A stretch of 64,000 nucleotides of DNA from Malacoraja senta (GCA_038087875.1 CM075994.1:10418001-10482000); one strand, 5' to 3'; shown: positions 51,595 to 63,843, numbered from the stretch's first letter. Notes: a model not told the origin generated them from the letters alone. Numbers and translations: made by a program.

Positions 51595-52491
51595 GAAATG
51601 GATGGAAACCTTGGGAAACCTTCTGTAGTTCCTTGTTTTTCCTGTTTCTTGCTTGCTGTTGCAATCATTACTTTGAAGGGAACGTGTCAATTGAGTACAC
51701 TGCTTTCCTATATACCTCACAGTACTATTAAACTAATTGCACATGTACAGCTGTGCCTATTGAGCAAGCCTACAAGTACTATTTACCCACCACAGCCCTT
51801 CTGTTTTATCACTTGAACTCATTTGCTAAACCTATTTGGAACTGACTAACTATAATAAATTCCTTAACAGTTTTATGGCTGACAAAGGTCACATGCTTAA
51901 AATGTGTCATCAATCTTCGTGAAGTTGGCACAATTTTCTCTGACTCTGCTAACTGAACCCCTTTGGAGATGAAGAACCTAGATGTTCCCCTTTTTTTTTG
52001 TATCAAAAAAATTATTTATTTAAATTCTTGCCCTCCGGACCCTGGCTACAAGGGACGCCATACTGGTCCCCCCACCCCTATCCCAACCCAACCCCCCCAC
52101 CCCCACCTCTCCCCACCCCCACACAACAATTTTCCAGCACTTTCTGGCCACACTTCATATTTGTTTCAGAATGCTTCAATCTATAATAACTGAAAATGTC
52201 ATTCAGTTTTCTTATTTGTTAAGAAAGTTATGGGCTTTTATGTCAATTGAATGTCCTCGATCACAGCTTTTGTGTTAAGTTGATCGAAAAGCAATGGGTA
52301 CAATCTGCTAATTTCCGAGCATGAAAATTACCATAACTTTTTTAATACTGAAGAAATTAAAGTGAATCATGCATCAAATTAAAGTTTTATACTATTAGTT
52401 TTAAAATTTTATACTTTATCTGATGGGATAAATTACAGGCTTGATTTTTAAAATCTTAACATTTTGTAACATTCCTACACCACCCACCCAA

Positions 52492-52892
52492 CAACTTTCC
52501 AGCACTTTCTGGCCACATTCCGGAACTTTCTGCCACTTTCCCGAACTTTGCAGAACTTTCTCGCTCAAACTAAAGCTGCCGCTCCCAGCAGCTTCCTGCA
52601 TTCGCCGATGAGATCACCGATCCGCTCTCCCATTGGCCGCCAGCGCTGTCGATCCAATAGTGGGCGGGTCTTGGGCGGGTCCAACCCCGCCATTGGCTGG
52701 CGGGCCGGTGGCTCACCCCATTGGCCGGCGGGCCCGGCCAATCCCCGCCCCTGGCGGCGCCCCCTCGCCCTCCGATTGGTCACTTGCTTCAGAACGTTCT
52801 CCAACGTTCTGGCGGTGACTCACCGGCGCCTCCTCCCATTGGTGGAGCCGAGCGCAGCGCCGCCCACATCTGGGGCGCTCAAGGTATATAAG
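52492..52892 (+). promoter_or_regulatory. hsp70 copy 4 promoter
   Basis: Distal HSE array 52492-52561; proximal HSE 52791-52810; TGACTCA 52816-52822; TATATAAG 52885-52892; several ATTGG/CCAAT and GC boxes. Confidence 0.88.
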
Positions 52893-52939
52893 GAGCTGGT
52901 GGCTGATTGTACCAGCAACTTGCAGCGGCTCCGGGACAC

Positions 52940-52940
<1 letters not shown>

Positions 52941-53004
<64 letters not shown>
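52941..53004. repeat. (GAAA)16 microsatellite in the hsp70 copy 4 5'UTR
   Basis: Perfect tetranucleotide run. Confidence 0.95.
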
Positions 53005-53006
<2 letters not shown>

Positions 53007-53152
53007 GCTGTCGGAAAGAAAGCAGACGCAAAAGAAGGAAGAGAAGTAGAAGGAAGAGAAGAAGTGGAAAGAGAAGAGGAAGGAAAATAAAAAAAAGCAA
53101 CAACTGCGACTGAAGACAGGAATCTGAAGACAAACTTTGTAGAGAAACAGAG

Positions 53153-55021
53153 ATGCCAGGATCCAAGGGAACAGCCATTGGCATCGACCTGGGCACCACC
53201 TACTCCTGTGTTGCCGTCTTCCAGCATGGCAAGGTGGAGATCATCGCCAACGACCAGGGCAACCGCACCACCCCCAGCTACGTGGCCTTCAACGACACCG
53301 AGAGGCTCATCGGCGACGCGGCCAAGAACCAGGTGGCCATGAACCCGTCCAACACCGTCTTCGACGCCAAGAGGCTCATCGGGAGGAGGTTCGACGACCC
53401 CGTGGTCCAGGCCGACATGAAGCACTGGCCCTTCCAGGTGGTGAGCGACGCTGGGAAGCCCAAGGTGAAGGTGGAGTACAAGGGGGAGAATAAAACCTTC
53501 TACCCGGAGGAGATCTCCTCCATGGTGCTGACCAAGATGAAGGAGGTGGCCGAGGCTTACCTGGGCGCTAGTGTCACCAATGCTGTTATCACCGTGCCCG
53601 CTTACTTCAATGACTCCCAGCGGCAGGCAACCAAAGATGCCGGCGTGATCGCTGGTCTCAATGTCCTGCGAGTCATCAATGAACCAACTGCAGGTGCCAT
53701 TGCCTATGGCCTGGACACGAAGGGCGGTGGTGAGCGCAATGTCCTCATCTTTGACCTGGGTGGCGGCACCTTCGATGTGTCCATTCTCGCCATCGATGAC
53801 GGTATCTTTGAAGTGAAGTCCACCACCGGCGATACCCACCTGGGTGGAGAGGACTTTGACAATCGCATGGTCAGCCACTTCATTGAGGAGTTCAAACGCA
53901 AAAACAAGAAGGACATTAGCCCGAACAAGAGGGCGGTGAGGAGGCTGCGGACAGCCTGCGAGAGAGCAAAGAGAACCCTGTCTTCCAGCACCCAGGCCAG
54001 TATTGAGATCGACTCTCTGTTTGAGGGCATTGACTTCTACACCTCAATCACCAGGGCTCGTTTTGAGGAACTGAACGCTGACCTGCTCCGAGGCACGGTG
54101 GAGCCGGTGGAGAAAGCCCTGAGAGATGCCAAGTTGGACAAGTCTCAGGTCCATGAAATTGTCCTGGTCGGCGGCTCCACCCGCATCCCCAAGATCCAGA
54201 AGCTGCTGCAAGATTTCTTCAACGGCAAGGAGCTGAACAAGAGCATCAACCCTGACGAGGCGGTGGCCTACGGGGCGGCTGTCCAAGCGGCCATTCTGAT
54301 GGGGGACAAGTCGGAGAACGTCCAGGATCTGCTTCTCCTGGACGTTGCTGCTCTGTCCATGGGTCTGGAGACGGCGGGCGGTGTCATGACAACCCTCATC
54401 AAGCGGAACACCACCATTCCCACCAAGCAGACCCAGATCTTCAGCACCTACTCTGACAACCAGCCTGGCGTCCTCATCCAGGTGTACGAAGGCGAGAGGG
54501 CCATGACCAAGGACAACAACCTTCTGGGCAAGTTTGACTTGACCGGCATTCCACCTGCCCCTCGTGGAGTGCCCCAGATCGAGGTGACCTTCGACATCGA
54601 CGCCAATGGCATCCTCAATGTTTCTGCCGCTGACAAGAGCACTGGCAGAACAAACAAGATCACCATCACCAATGACAAGGGCAGGCTGAGCAAGGAGGAA
54701 ATTGACCGAATGGTGCAAGATGCAGAGAAGTACAAGAATGAGGATGAAATGCAGAGGGAGAAGGTTGCAGCCAAGAACTCCCTGGAGTCCTATGCCTACA
54801 ATGTGAAGAGCACGATGGCCGACGAGAAGGTGGCGAGTAAGGTCAGCGATGAGGACAAGAGGGCGGTGGTTGACCGGTGCGACCAGACGATATCGTGGCT
54901 GGAGAAGAATCAGACGGCGGAGGTCGAGGAGTTTCAGCACCAGCAGAAAGAGCTGGAGAAAGTCTGCCATCCTGTCATTGCCAAACTTTACCAAGGAGCG
55001 GCCCCGGGAGAGTCATGCTGA
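53153..55021 (+). CDS. hsp70: Intronless hsp70 copy 4, 622 aa; premature stop removes the last 18 aa (EEVD)
   Basis: R623 CGA>TGA at 55019-55021; the frame continues [17 protein letters not shown] to the ancestral stop at 55073-55075. Confidence 0.9.
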   Translation: MPGSKGTAIGIDLGTTYSCVAVFQHGKVEIIANDQGNRTTPSYVAFNDTERLIGDAAKNQVAMNPSNTVFDAKRLIGRRFDDPVVQADMKHWPFQVVSDAGKPKVKVEYKGENKTFYPEEISSMVLTKMKEVAEAYLGASVTNAVITVPAYFNDSQRQATKDAGVIAGLNVLRVINEPTAGAIAYGLDTKGGGERNVLIFDLGGGTFDVSILAIDDGIFEVKSTTGDTHLGGEDFDNRMVSHFIEEFKRKNKKDISPNKRAVRRLRTACERAKRTLSSSTQASIEIDSLFEGIDFYTSITRARFEELNADLLRGTVEPVEKALRDAKLDKSQVHEIVLVGGSTRIPKIQKLLQDFFNGKELNKSINPDEAVAYGAAVQAAILMGDKSENVQDLLLLDVAALSMGLETAGGVMTTLIKRNTTIPTKQTQIFSTYSDNQPGVLIQVYEGERAMTKDNNLLGKFDLTGIPPAPRGVPQIEVTFDIDANGILNVSAADKSTGRTNKITITNDKGRLSKEEIDRMVQDAEKYKNEDEMQREKVAAKNSLESYAYNVKSTMADEKVASKVSDEDKRAVVDRCDQTISWLEKNQTAEVEEFQHQQKELEKVCHPVIAKLYQGAAPGESC

Positions 55022-55680
55022 GATCAGGCCCAGAACACTGCTTCCTCAGGACCCACCATTGAGGAGGTGGATTGAAACAAAGCCAACAAACATCATCAGA
55101 ACGTTTTGAACTTAAACTAATGGCACTGACCTCCTAGTTTCCGGAGGACTTTCCTGAACTTGTTTCTTATTCTTTAGTAATTGTTTGCAATTTGTACATT
55201 TTTGGGGAGAGGGGGGGGGGGTGGGGGGGTGTTAACCCATCTGGGCTTTTGGTATCTTCTTGGATTACTGTTGTATATGTTGCCTTCTGTAAATTATTTT
55301 TAATTATTCTACTTGGTGGTTTTACTTGGTATAACTTTGTTCAAATATCATGTTCACTAAGGTGGCTTTTTACCAATAAACAGCATCTTGAAGTTTAACC
55401 CTGTAGTGGTGTTTCTACTAGACACAAGGAACTTTAGATGGTGGTTTACAATCAAAGATGCATGAAATGCTGGAGTAACTCATTGGGTTGGGCAGCATCT
55501 CTGCAGAACCCGGTTAGGTGACATTTTGGTTACGGAATCATCTCGACTCTTTGTATGCATTTCTAATCCGTGAGAGATGCAGAGGTCTGGTAACCTAGTG
55601 GGTTGGGCAGCATGTCTGGAGAACATGGTTTGGTTTCATTTTAGGTTGGGACCCTTCTTTAGACACTTCGTATGCATATG

Positions 55681-55943
55681 CAAGGAGGAGGAGGAGCCAT
55701 CTTGGGGAACGGCTGCTAACCAGCAGCTGTCCGTTAAATTCACTTTTTTTTCTTAGTTTTTAGTTTTTTTGTCTATGTCTTGGTGAACTTTGACTTTTCA
55801 TGTGGGGGGGTAAGGGGGATACTATTTTCTAGGTCCCTACCTGGTCGGTGAGGCAGCTTTTTCTCCGGGCTGCCCTGTCGACCCGTCCTTGCGGCCTACC
55901 AACGGGCCTGGAGCGGCGTTTCCTGGCGGGGACTGCCCAGCAC
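55681..55943. repeat. Unclassified ~260-bp insert unique to the copy-4 flank
   Basis: Absent from copies 1-3; flanked by a diverged 94-bp direct repeat. Confidence 0.6.
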
Positions 55944-56212
55944 CTGGTAACCTAATGGGTTGGGCAGAATGTCTGGAGAACATAGTTCTGTGTCATTTTG
56001 GGTTGGGACCATTCTTTAGACACGTCATATGCATATGTACTAACGTAACTTAGTGAGTTGCAACATCACTGATGCACATGGATAGTCATCGACGTGAGCT
56101 GAAACATCACCTATCCATGTTCTCTAGAGCGGTCACATGACTTGCTGAGACACTTCGGCACTTAACTTCCTTTGATGTGTTGTTTCTACTCTTGGGACTT
56201 GCCCCACCCCCA

Positions 56213-57185
56213 TGCTATTTACAATATACATCAATGATTTGGATGAAGGGATTCAAAGTAACATTAGCACATTTGCAGATGACACAAAGCTGGGTGGCAG
56301 TGTGAACGGCGAGGAGGATGCTATGAGAATGCAGGGTGACTTGGACAAGTTGGGGGGGTTGGGCAGATGAAGTTTAATGCGGATAAATGTGAGGTTATCC
56401 ACTTTGGTAGCAAAAACAGGAAGGCAGATTACTATCTAAATGGCGTCAAGTTGGGAAAAGGGGAAGTACAACGGGATCTGGGGGTCCTTGTACATCAGTC
56501 TATGAAAGTTAGCATGCAGGTACAGCAGGCAATGAAGAAAGTGAATGGCATGTTGGCCTTTATGACAAGAGAAATCGAATATAGGAGTAAAGAGGTCCTA
56601 CTGCAGTTGTACAGGGCCCTAGAGAGACCACACCTGGAGTATTGTGTGCAATTTTGGTCCCCTAATTTGAGGAAGGACATTCTTGCTATTGAGGGAGTGC
56701 AGTGTAGGTTTACAAGGTTAATTCCCGGGATGGTGGGACTGTCATATGCTGAGAGAATGGAGCAGCTGGGCTTGTACACTCTGGAGTTTAGAAGGATGAG
56801 AGGGTATCTCATTGAAACATATAAGATTGTTAAGGGCTTGGACACGCTAGAGGCAGGAAACATGTTCCAAATGATGGTGGAGTCCAGAACCAGGTTCCAC
56901 AGTTCCAGAATAAGGAGTAAGCCATTTAGAACGGAGACGACGAAACACTTTTTTTCACGGAGAGTGGTGAGTCTGTGGAATTCTCTGCCTCAGAGGGCGG
57001 TGCAGGCAGGTTCTCTGGTTGCTTTCAAGAGAGAGCTAGATACTTTAAAAAATAGTGGTGTCAGGGGATATGGGGAGAAGGTAGGAACGGGGTACTGATT
57101 GGGGATGATCGGCCATGATCACATTGAATGGCGGTGCTGCCTTGAAGGGCCGAATGGCCTACTCCTGCACCTATTGTGTATTGTC
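56213..57185 (+). mobile_element. CR1 3' fragment (duplicate)
   Basis: IYINDLD..FADDTKLGG, ORF 56367-57098. Confidence 0.9.
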
Positions 57186-57236
57186 TGTATTCTCCTCCCA
57201 GCAGCCAATTTGAAGTCACAGGCTATTAACATTAGG

Positions 57237-58230
57237 TTGTTTTTTTTTTATTTAATTTTTTTATTTATTAGAAGTACATTACATTACAACCACATACATT
57301 AGTACTCGTCACTTATATCTTCTTACAATTAATGTACTCCGTTTGTTTTTTACACTAGAAAAGGGAAAGGATGAGATTGAGAGAAAGAAGAAGAAAGTGA
57401 AGGAAAAAGTGTAAGTGTAGAAAATGTGAGAACAAGAAAGAACGAAGACCCTATAAGAACAAGATTAAAAACAAAAGAAAAAGAGTTAAGAAATAGACCC
57501 TAGAAAAGAAAGAGAAAGAGGGAAAAGAGAAAACAAATAGTTTTTATGAGCATTACACAAATGGGACATACCAACTCTCCAACTTTCATCCCCCCCTTAC
57601 CTGACCTCAGTTTTTTTTTAAGTACCTTTGCACCCTATTTTTGTAATAATTCTATAAATACAGACCATGTCAGGTGGAAGTGATCTGGTTTACCTGCCAG
57701 GAGGAGTCTTATCTCTTCTAGGTGTAATGTTTCGAACATATTTGAAATCCACATGTTTATAGTTGGTATTGGAGCCTTCTTCCAAAATTTTAGGATTAGC
57801 TTTTTTCCGGTTATTAACCCGTAGTCTATTAGTTTCTTTTGAAACACATTTAGTTCTGGACCATCTTCCGTTATTCCGAAGATAATCCATTCTGCTTTGG
57901 GTATCAGTTTTATTTTAAATAATTTTGTAAACATTTTGAAAATTTCAATCCAAAATTTTTGAATTTTTGTACAGAAAACAAATGAGTGCGCTATAGTAGC
58001 TTCTTGGGATTGACATTTATCACAAATGGATGATACATTTGGGAAAATTTTATGGATTTTAGTTTTGGAATAATATAATCTATGTAAAATTTTAAATTGT
58101 ATTAAAGTGTGTCCTACATTAATCGAACATTTATGCACATTTAATGTGTTCATTCCACCTTTCCTTTGAAATTTTAATAGCTAACTCTTGTTCCCAGTCT
58201 CTTCTGATACCCTCCGTAGATGGTATTTGT
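57237..58230 (-). mobile_element. L1-clade LINE 3' fragment
   Basis: IQFKILHRLYYS, ICDKCQSQEATIAHSFVFC, LILKFWK; polyA-like tail (T-run at 57238-57260). Confidence 0.85.
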
Positions 58231-58445
58231 GATTTTGTTGAAACAACCAGTTCTTGGGGACCATGATCTGATCTCATGGTTATTGTCGTTGGCTACTTTA
58301 ACTTATTGACTGGGACTTGGTGCAAAAGGGCTTGATGGGGCAACATTTGTTTAGTAAAGTCAGTATGGGGATAATCTAATTCTAGGAGGGACCATACTGA
58401 GCCTTGCGCAGGGAAGTGGGCCTGGCCAAATGACTGGTGTTTCAG

Positions 58446-58946
58446 AAAGAACTGCAGATGCTAGAAAAATTGAAGGTAGACAAAAATGCTGGAGAAACTC
58501 AGCGGGTGAGGCAGCATCTATGGAGTGAAGGAATAGGTGACGGGGTGGGGGCGGGAAGAAAAAAGGAAGAGGCGGAGAGGGTAGGCTGTAGGAGAGCTGG
58601 GAAAGGGAGGGGAAGGAGGGATAAAGCAAGGACTACCTCAAATTGGGAAAGTCAATGTTGATACCGCTGGGGTGTAAACTACCCAAGCGAAATATGAGGT
58701 GCTGCTCTTCCAATTTGCAGTAGGACTCACTCTGGCCATGGAGGAGGCCCAGGACCCAAAGGTCGGATTCGGAATGGGAGGGACAGTTGAAGTGCTGAGC
58801 CACCGGGAGATCAGGTTGGTTAATGCGAACCGAGCGGAGCTGTTGGGCGAAGCGATTGCCAACCCTGCACTTGGTCTCACCGATGTAGAGCAGTTGACAC
58901 CTAGAGCAGCGGATGCAATAGGTGAGGTTGGAGGAGGTGCAGGTGA
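58446..58946 (-). mobile_element. Penelope-like fragment with perfect 13-bp TSD
   Basis: actggtgtttcag at 58433-58445 and 58947-58959. Confidence 0.85.
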
Positions 58947-59891
58947 ACTGGTGTTTCAGTGTCAGAGTGTTTTAGACCCAGTGATCACAATTGCCTAAAT
59001 TTTAAGATGTTTTAAGATGTTTATGAATAAGGATAAGTCTGGACCTTGGGGAGGAGGCACTAAATTTGGGTTAAGGCAGAGCTTACCATAATTAGAGACA
59101 AAAATCTTGCAGCTATTAAACTACCTTTTGTCAAAAATACTGAAGGTAGAGGAAAAAACTTTGAAATTCAAACCCAAAAACTCCCTCTCCCCTAACTCCT
59201 TAATCCCCATTGACATGATTGTTTTTATAAAGCATTTTTCGTATAGCTTGAGGCTTCTTAAGAACACAACTATTGCGTTTTAGCCGAACTACCTATATAT
59301 GGCATGGTGGATCAATAGTCATGTCAAATGTCTGGTCACAAGAGTCAAGATGACATTCTTACCAACAGCAGCATAACAGGCCTGTATGCACAATACTCAT
59401 AGATAACATAATTTTAAAAAAACAATGAATATCAACCATAAAAAGAAAAAAAATACGAGTGCAGAAATGTCCAAAGTTCTTTGTTCAACCATTGACCGTT
59501 CATAGTTTAGTTATTTTTTGAGTTTTAGTTTAAAGATACAGCAGGGAAACAGGCGTGCAGATGCTGGTCTCCAGAGTCAGAGATGCTGCCTGACCCGCTG
59601 AGTTAACCCAGCATTTTGTGTCTATCTTTACTGATCATACTGTTGGGTTGCAAGCAAGTCGGGCAGAATAAGAGGAGCTGCACTCTGCTCTGGAATTAAC
59701 TGATAGTTGAGATAGAGTCATACAGCGTGGAAACAGGCCCTTCGGAAGTTCGGACCAACTTGCCCACACCGGCCAACATTTCCCAGCTACACTAGTCCCA
59801 CCTGCCTGCATTTGGTCCATATCCCTCCAAACCTGTCCTATCCATGTACATAACTAACTGTTTCTTAAACACTGGGATAGTACCTGCCTCC

Positions 59892-60426
59892 CTAATTTGA
59901 GAAAGGACATCCTTGTGATTCAGGCAGTGCAGCGTAGGTTCACGAGATTGATCCCTGGGATGGCGGGACTGTCGTATGAGGAAAGATTGAAAAGCCTAGG
60001 TTTGTATTCACTGGAGTTTAGAAGGATGAGGGGATATCTTATAGAAGCATATACAATTATAAAAGGACTGGACAGGCTAGATGCCAGAAAAATGTTCCCA
60101 ATGTTGGGCGAGTCCAGAACCAGAGGCCACAGTCTTAGAATAAAGGGGAGGCCATTTAAGACTGAGGTGAGAAAAAACCTTTTCACCAAGAGAGTTGTGA
60201 ATTTGTGGAATACCCTGCCACAGAGGGCAGTGGAGGCCAAATCACTGGATGGATTTAAGAGAGAGTTAGATGGAGCTCTGGGGGCTAGTGGAATCAAGGG
60301 ATATGGGGAGAAGGCTGGCACGGGTTATTGATTGGGGATGATCAGCCATGATCACAATGAATGGCGGTGCTGGGTCGAAAGGCCGCATGGCCTCCTCCTG
60401 CACCTATTTTCTATGTTTCTATGTTT
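59892..60426 (+). mobile_element. CR1 3' fragment, complete to (CTATGTTT)n tail
   Basis: ORF 59897-60331 ending GYGEKAGTGY. Confidence 0.9.
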
Positions 60427-60609
60427 CAACTACCTCATCTGACAGCTTGTTCCATACACCCCCAGAAGATGATGGATAACAGCATCAGCCTGCATAGTTT
60501 CAGAAGGGGGGGAGGTGGCTGGGGAGGAGGGGAGGTGGAGAGGAGAGGGGGGAAGGGGACTGGCAGGTCCTGTGTTGATTTAATGCATTCAATGCACCCG
60601 TTCGGGATG

Positions 60610-60900
60610 TCGGCTCAGCCCATCACGGGTCCTGACCTCCCCGCCATCAAAGGGAATTACAGGAGTCATTGCCTCAAAAAGGCAGCCAGCATCATCAGAG
60701 ACACACACCACCTGGCCACACTCTCATTTCACCCCTGCCATCGGAAAGAAGGTGCAGAAGCCTGAAAACTGTGGTCCAGGTTGAGGAACAGCTTCTTCCC
60801 TACAGCTGTTAGGCTATTAAACACAGCAACCCCAAATATGCTCTGAGCTACATAGACAATTATTGTTATTAATACACTATTATTATCTGTTTTTTATGTG
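60610..60900 (+). mobile_element. Short Rex1-like 3' fragment
   Basis: PITGPDLPAI..HCLKKAASIIRD..H..LRNSFFP; related pieces at 30075-30240, 34900-35060, 39015-39185. Confidence 0.6.
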
Positions 60901-61762
60901 TATGTATGTGTTCGTGTGTGTGCGTTTGTGTGTGCGTGTGTATATACGTACAGAAGATGGACACAAAATGCTGGAGTAACTCAGCAGGACAGGCAGCATC
61001 TCTAGATGGAAGGAATGGGTGTCATTTTGGGTCGAGACCCTTCTTCAGACTAATAGTCGGGAGAGGGAGACACAGAGATGAGGAAGAGGAAGGTGTGAAA
61101 AGGGACATCAAGGGAGCTGCTATCAAGGAAATGTAAAATAGATCATTGTTAGCTGGGAGATGGTGACAACAGATGCACTAAATTTAAGGTAGCTCTTTCA
61201 CCCAACCAGACGCAACTAAAGTTAAGGTATCTCTTTTTTTTCCCCCCAAACCCTTTTTTTGCTTAAGCCCACCCTCCATCACCTATCAGTTTAAATACCA
61301 TTTGGAATATTTTTGGAGGACCAGGAAACCAAGAACAAAGAGAAGAGAGATAAAATGGAATCAGGGGGAACAGTAAGACTGGCCGAAGAACTAGCAAAGG
61401 GATCGAGGGATGAAATTCATTTCACTGCACCTTCAGGTGCAAGTGACGAATCAAATTGACGTTGACTTTGAGAGGGAAAGCAAGGGTTACTTGAAGTTCG
61501 GGGTCAACACTGAAGTACACACACTGAACTTTTTTTTCTCATCTCTTATATTGTTTACAGTGCACGATGTTTACATATTCTGTTGTGCTGCTGCAAGTAA
61601 GAATCACACTGTTCTATCTGGGACACAATAAACACACTCTCTGACTCACTTACCTCCCCTCCTCAAGAGCGGACCAAACACAACCAGCCCACTCCCCTCC
61701 CCAACTCAAAATCCATCCCCATTTCCTGCTCACCATTCTGTCTCGATCGCTTCAAACGGACC

Positions 61763-61844
61763 ATGGTTTCACTGACAGGGAATCGCTGCTCTGACATGCT
61801 TGTCCCTATTTTCTTCTTTCTATCCCTGGGGCTTTCGTATACAG
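61763..61844 (+). CDS. Candidate first coding exon encoding a signal peptide (gene unidentified)
   Basis: ACCATGG start; MVSLTGNRCSDMLVPIFFFLSLGLSYT; phase-1 donor CAG|GTAAGG; non-repetitive context. Confidence 0.5.
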
Positions 61845-62330
61845 GTAAGGCAGGGATAATACCCGCTGCATATCAAATGTACGTCTGTGTATTGCATGCG
61901 CCGTCTGCAGCCAATTTCAATCACAAAATGATTGCAACATTAGATGTGACATGGACAGACAGGAATGCTAAATATTATTCGGTTTGAGTAAATGCGTGCT
62001 CGGTCGAGCTGAAATTGTAATGTAGACCCTGACGTGCAGCAAATAGCTTTATATTCTTGCAATAATGAAACAACCCAGTGATATTTTAGTTTATTAACAA
62101 GATTCCGAATAGCAAGGGCCCTGGGGGATTTACTCTCGCGACTGCAAGTAAGATTTATGAATCAAAGAATATGAGTGTTTTTGAATCGGATGAAAAATCT
62201 CATATTATGTTTCTTTTAGCTTGGCAATTTGTACAGATGTTCCAGGTTTAATCCCCCTGTGTTTTTTTAAAGTGCGACTGAAACATTCTCCGTCTACCTG
62301 TGGCTTCATGTAAGATACGGTTCTCTCTTG

Positions 62331-62570
62331 GCGCTGCGGTAGAGTTGCTGCCTTACAGCGGCAGTGACCCGGGTTCGATCCTGACCACCGCTGCTTGCTC
62401 GTTCCTCCTGTGACCGCGAGGGTTTTCTCCGGGTGCTCCTATTTCCCACACGCAAACGTGTTTGATTGGCTTCTGAAAACTGTGTGTGGGATAGTGCTAG
62501 TGGGCGAGGATGGCTGGTCGTCGTCGACTCGGTGGGCCGAAGGGCCTGTTTCCACGCCGTTTCTCTAAAG
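62331..62570 (+). mobile_element. HE1-like V-SINE
   Basis: ccgggttcgatcct B-box; ttttctccgggtgctcc V-domain; ggccgaagggcctgtttcc tail. Confidence 0.7.
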
Positions 62571-63089
62571 TCGAAAGACGCGAATGTGAGGATGGTTTTA
62601 GGTTGCGAGCCGCTAATTGCTCGGAAGGGTGTGCATGCAATCTCCGTCCCCGACGCTGGGTGGCGTTTTGGAGACCGGTCATAAGTTTTAGGAGCGGAAT
62701 TAGGCCATTCAGCCCATCAAGTCTACTCCGCCATTCAATCATGACTGATCTAACTCTCCCTCCCAACCCCATTCTCCTGCCTTCTCCACATAACCCGCCC
62801 CGCCCCCGACACTAATCAAGTCCTAGCAACGAAGGCCAGTGGTGAAGGATACATAAGATAATCTTATAAGATAGTCTGAAGAAGGGTCTCGACCCGAAAC
62901 GTCACACATTCCTTCGCTCCATAGATGCTGCCTCACCCGCTGAGTTTCTCCAACATTTTTATCTACCTAAGATAATCTTCCATAGATTAAGATGCATACT
63001 ACAGATTTTAGTATTTTGAAGCAAATTATAAGGATAAAGAGAAATATCTCGACCAGAACAAATGGTTTTAATGTAAACATTTTATCTGA

Positions 63090-63770
63090 AGTTACAGCAG
63101 GATCTTAATCAGTTGGGCAAGTGGTATGAGGACTGGTGAATGGAGTTGAATGCAGATAATGGATAATATGTGCAGGAGTAGGCCCTTCGGCCCTTCGAGC
63201 CACCATTCAATGTGATCATGGCTGAGAGTTGTTACATTTTGTGTAGGGACCTTCACATTGAACACTGGGGCTCTGAGGAGTGTTGTAGAGCAGGGGGATC
63301 TTAGAGTGGCAGGCACATAGCTCCCTGAAACAGGTGCTGCAGGTAGACCAGCTGGTCAACAAGGCTTTCTGTGCATTGGCCTCAATCAGTATGGGCATTG
63401 AGTATAGAGGCTAGGGTATTATGTTGCGATTGGTGAGGCCTGCAATTGGAGCATTGTGTTCAGTTTTGGTCATCCTACTATAAGAAGGGTGGTGTTAAGC
63501 TGGAAAGAGGGGAGAGACGATTCACGAGAATGTTGCCAGGACTTGAGGGCCTGAGCTATAGGGAGACTTTGCACAGGCTTTGACTCTACTCCTTGGGGTG
63601 CAGAATGATGAGGGGTGACCTTATCAAGGTGTACAAGATCATGAAGGAGAATGGGGAAATGCACAGAGTCTTTTACTCAGGGTAGAGGAATCAAGAACCA
63701 GTAGACATAGATTTAAGGTGAGAGGGGAAAGATTTAATAGGAACCTGAGGGGAAGCTTTTTTTTACAGAG
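63090..63770 (+). mobile_element. Old degenerate CR1 3' fragment
   Basis: Remnants of VRPxLEHCVQFW, RFTRMLPGL, MRGDLIKVYKI. Confidence 0.7.
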
Positions 63771-63843
63771 GACTGTAAAAAAACAGTTTTTTTACAGTGG
63801 TTGTATGAAACGAGCAGTTGAAGTTAATTGGCTGAATATAAAA

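Larger units (their letters stand above)
48627..59992. repeat. Inverted segmental duplicate of ~8585-18760
   Basis: Reverse-complement collinearity: Rex1, promoter, hsp70, CR1, Penelope. Confidence 0.93.

Noticed and set aside
62822..62830. CCTAGCAAC, resembling an MHC class II X-box
   Set aside because: Isolated, among repeat debris, downstream of the candidate exon, and with no Y-box (ATTGG) at the expected spacing.
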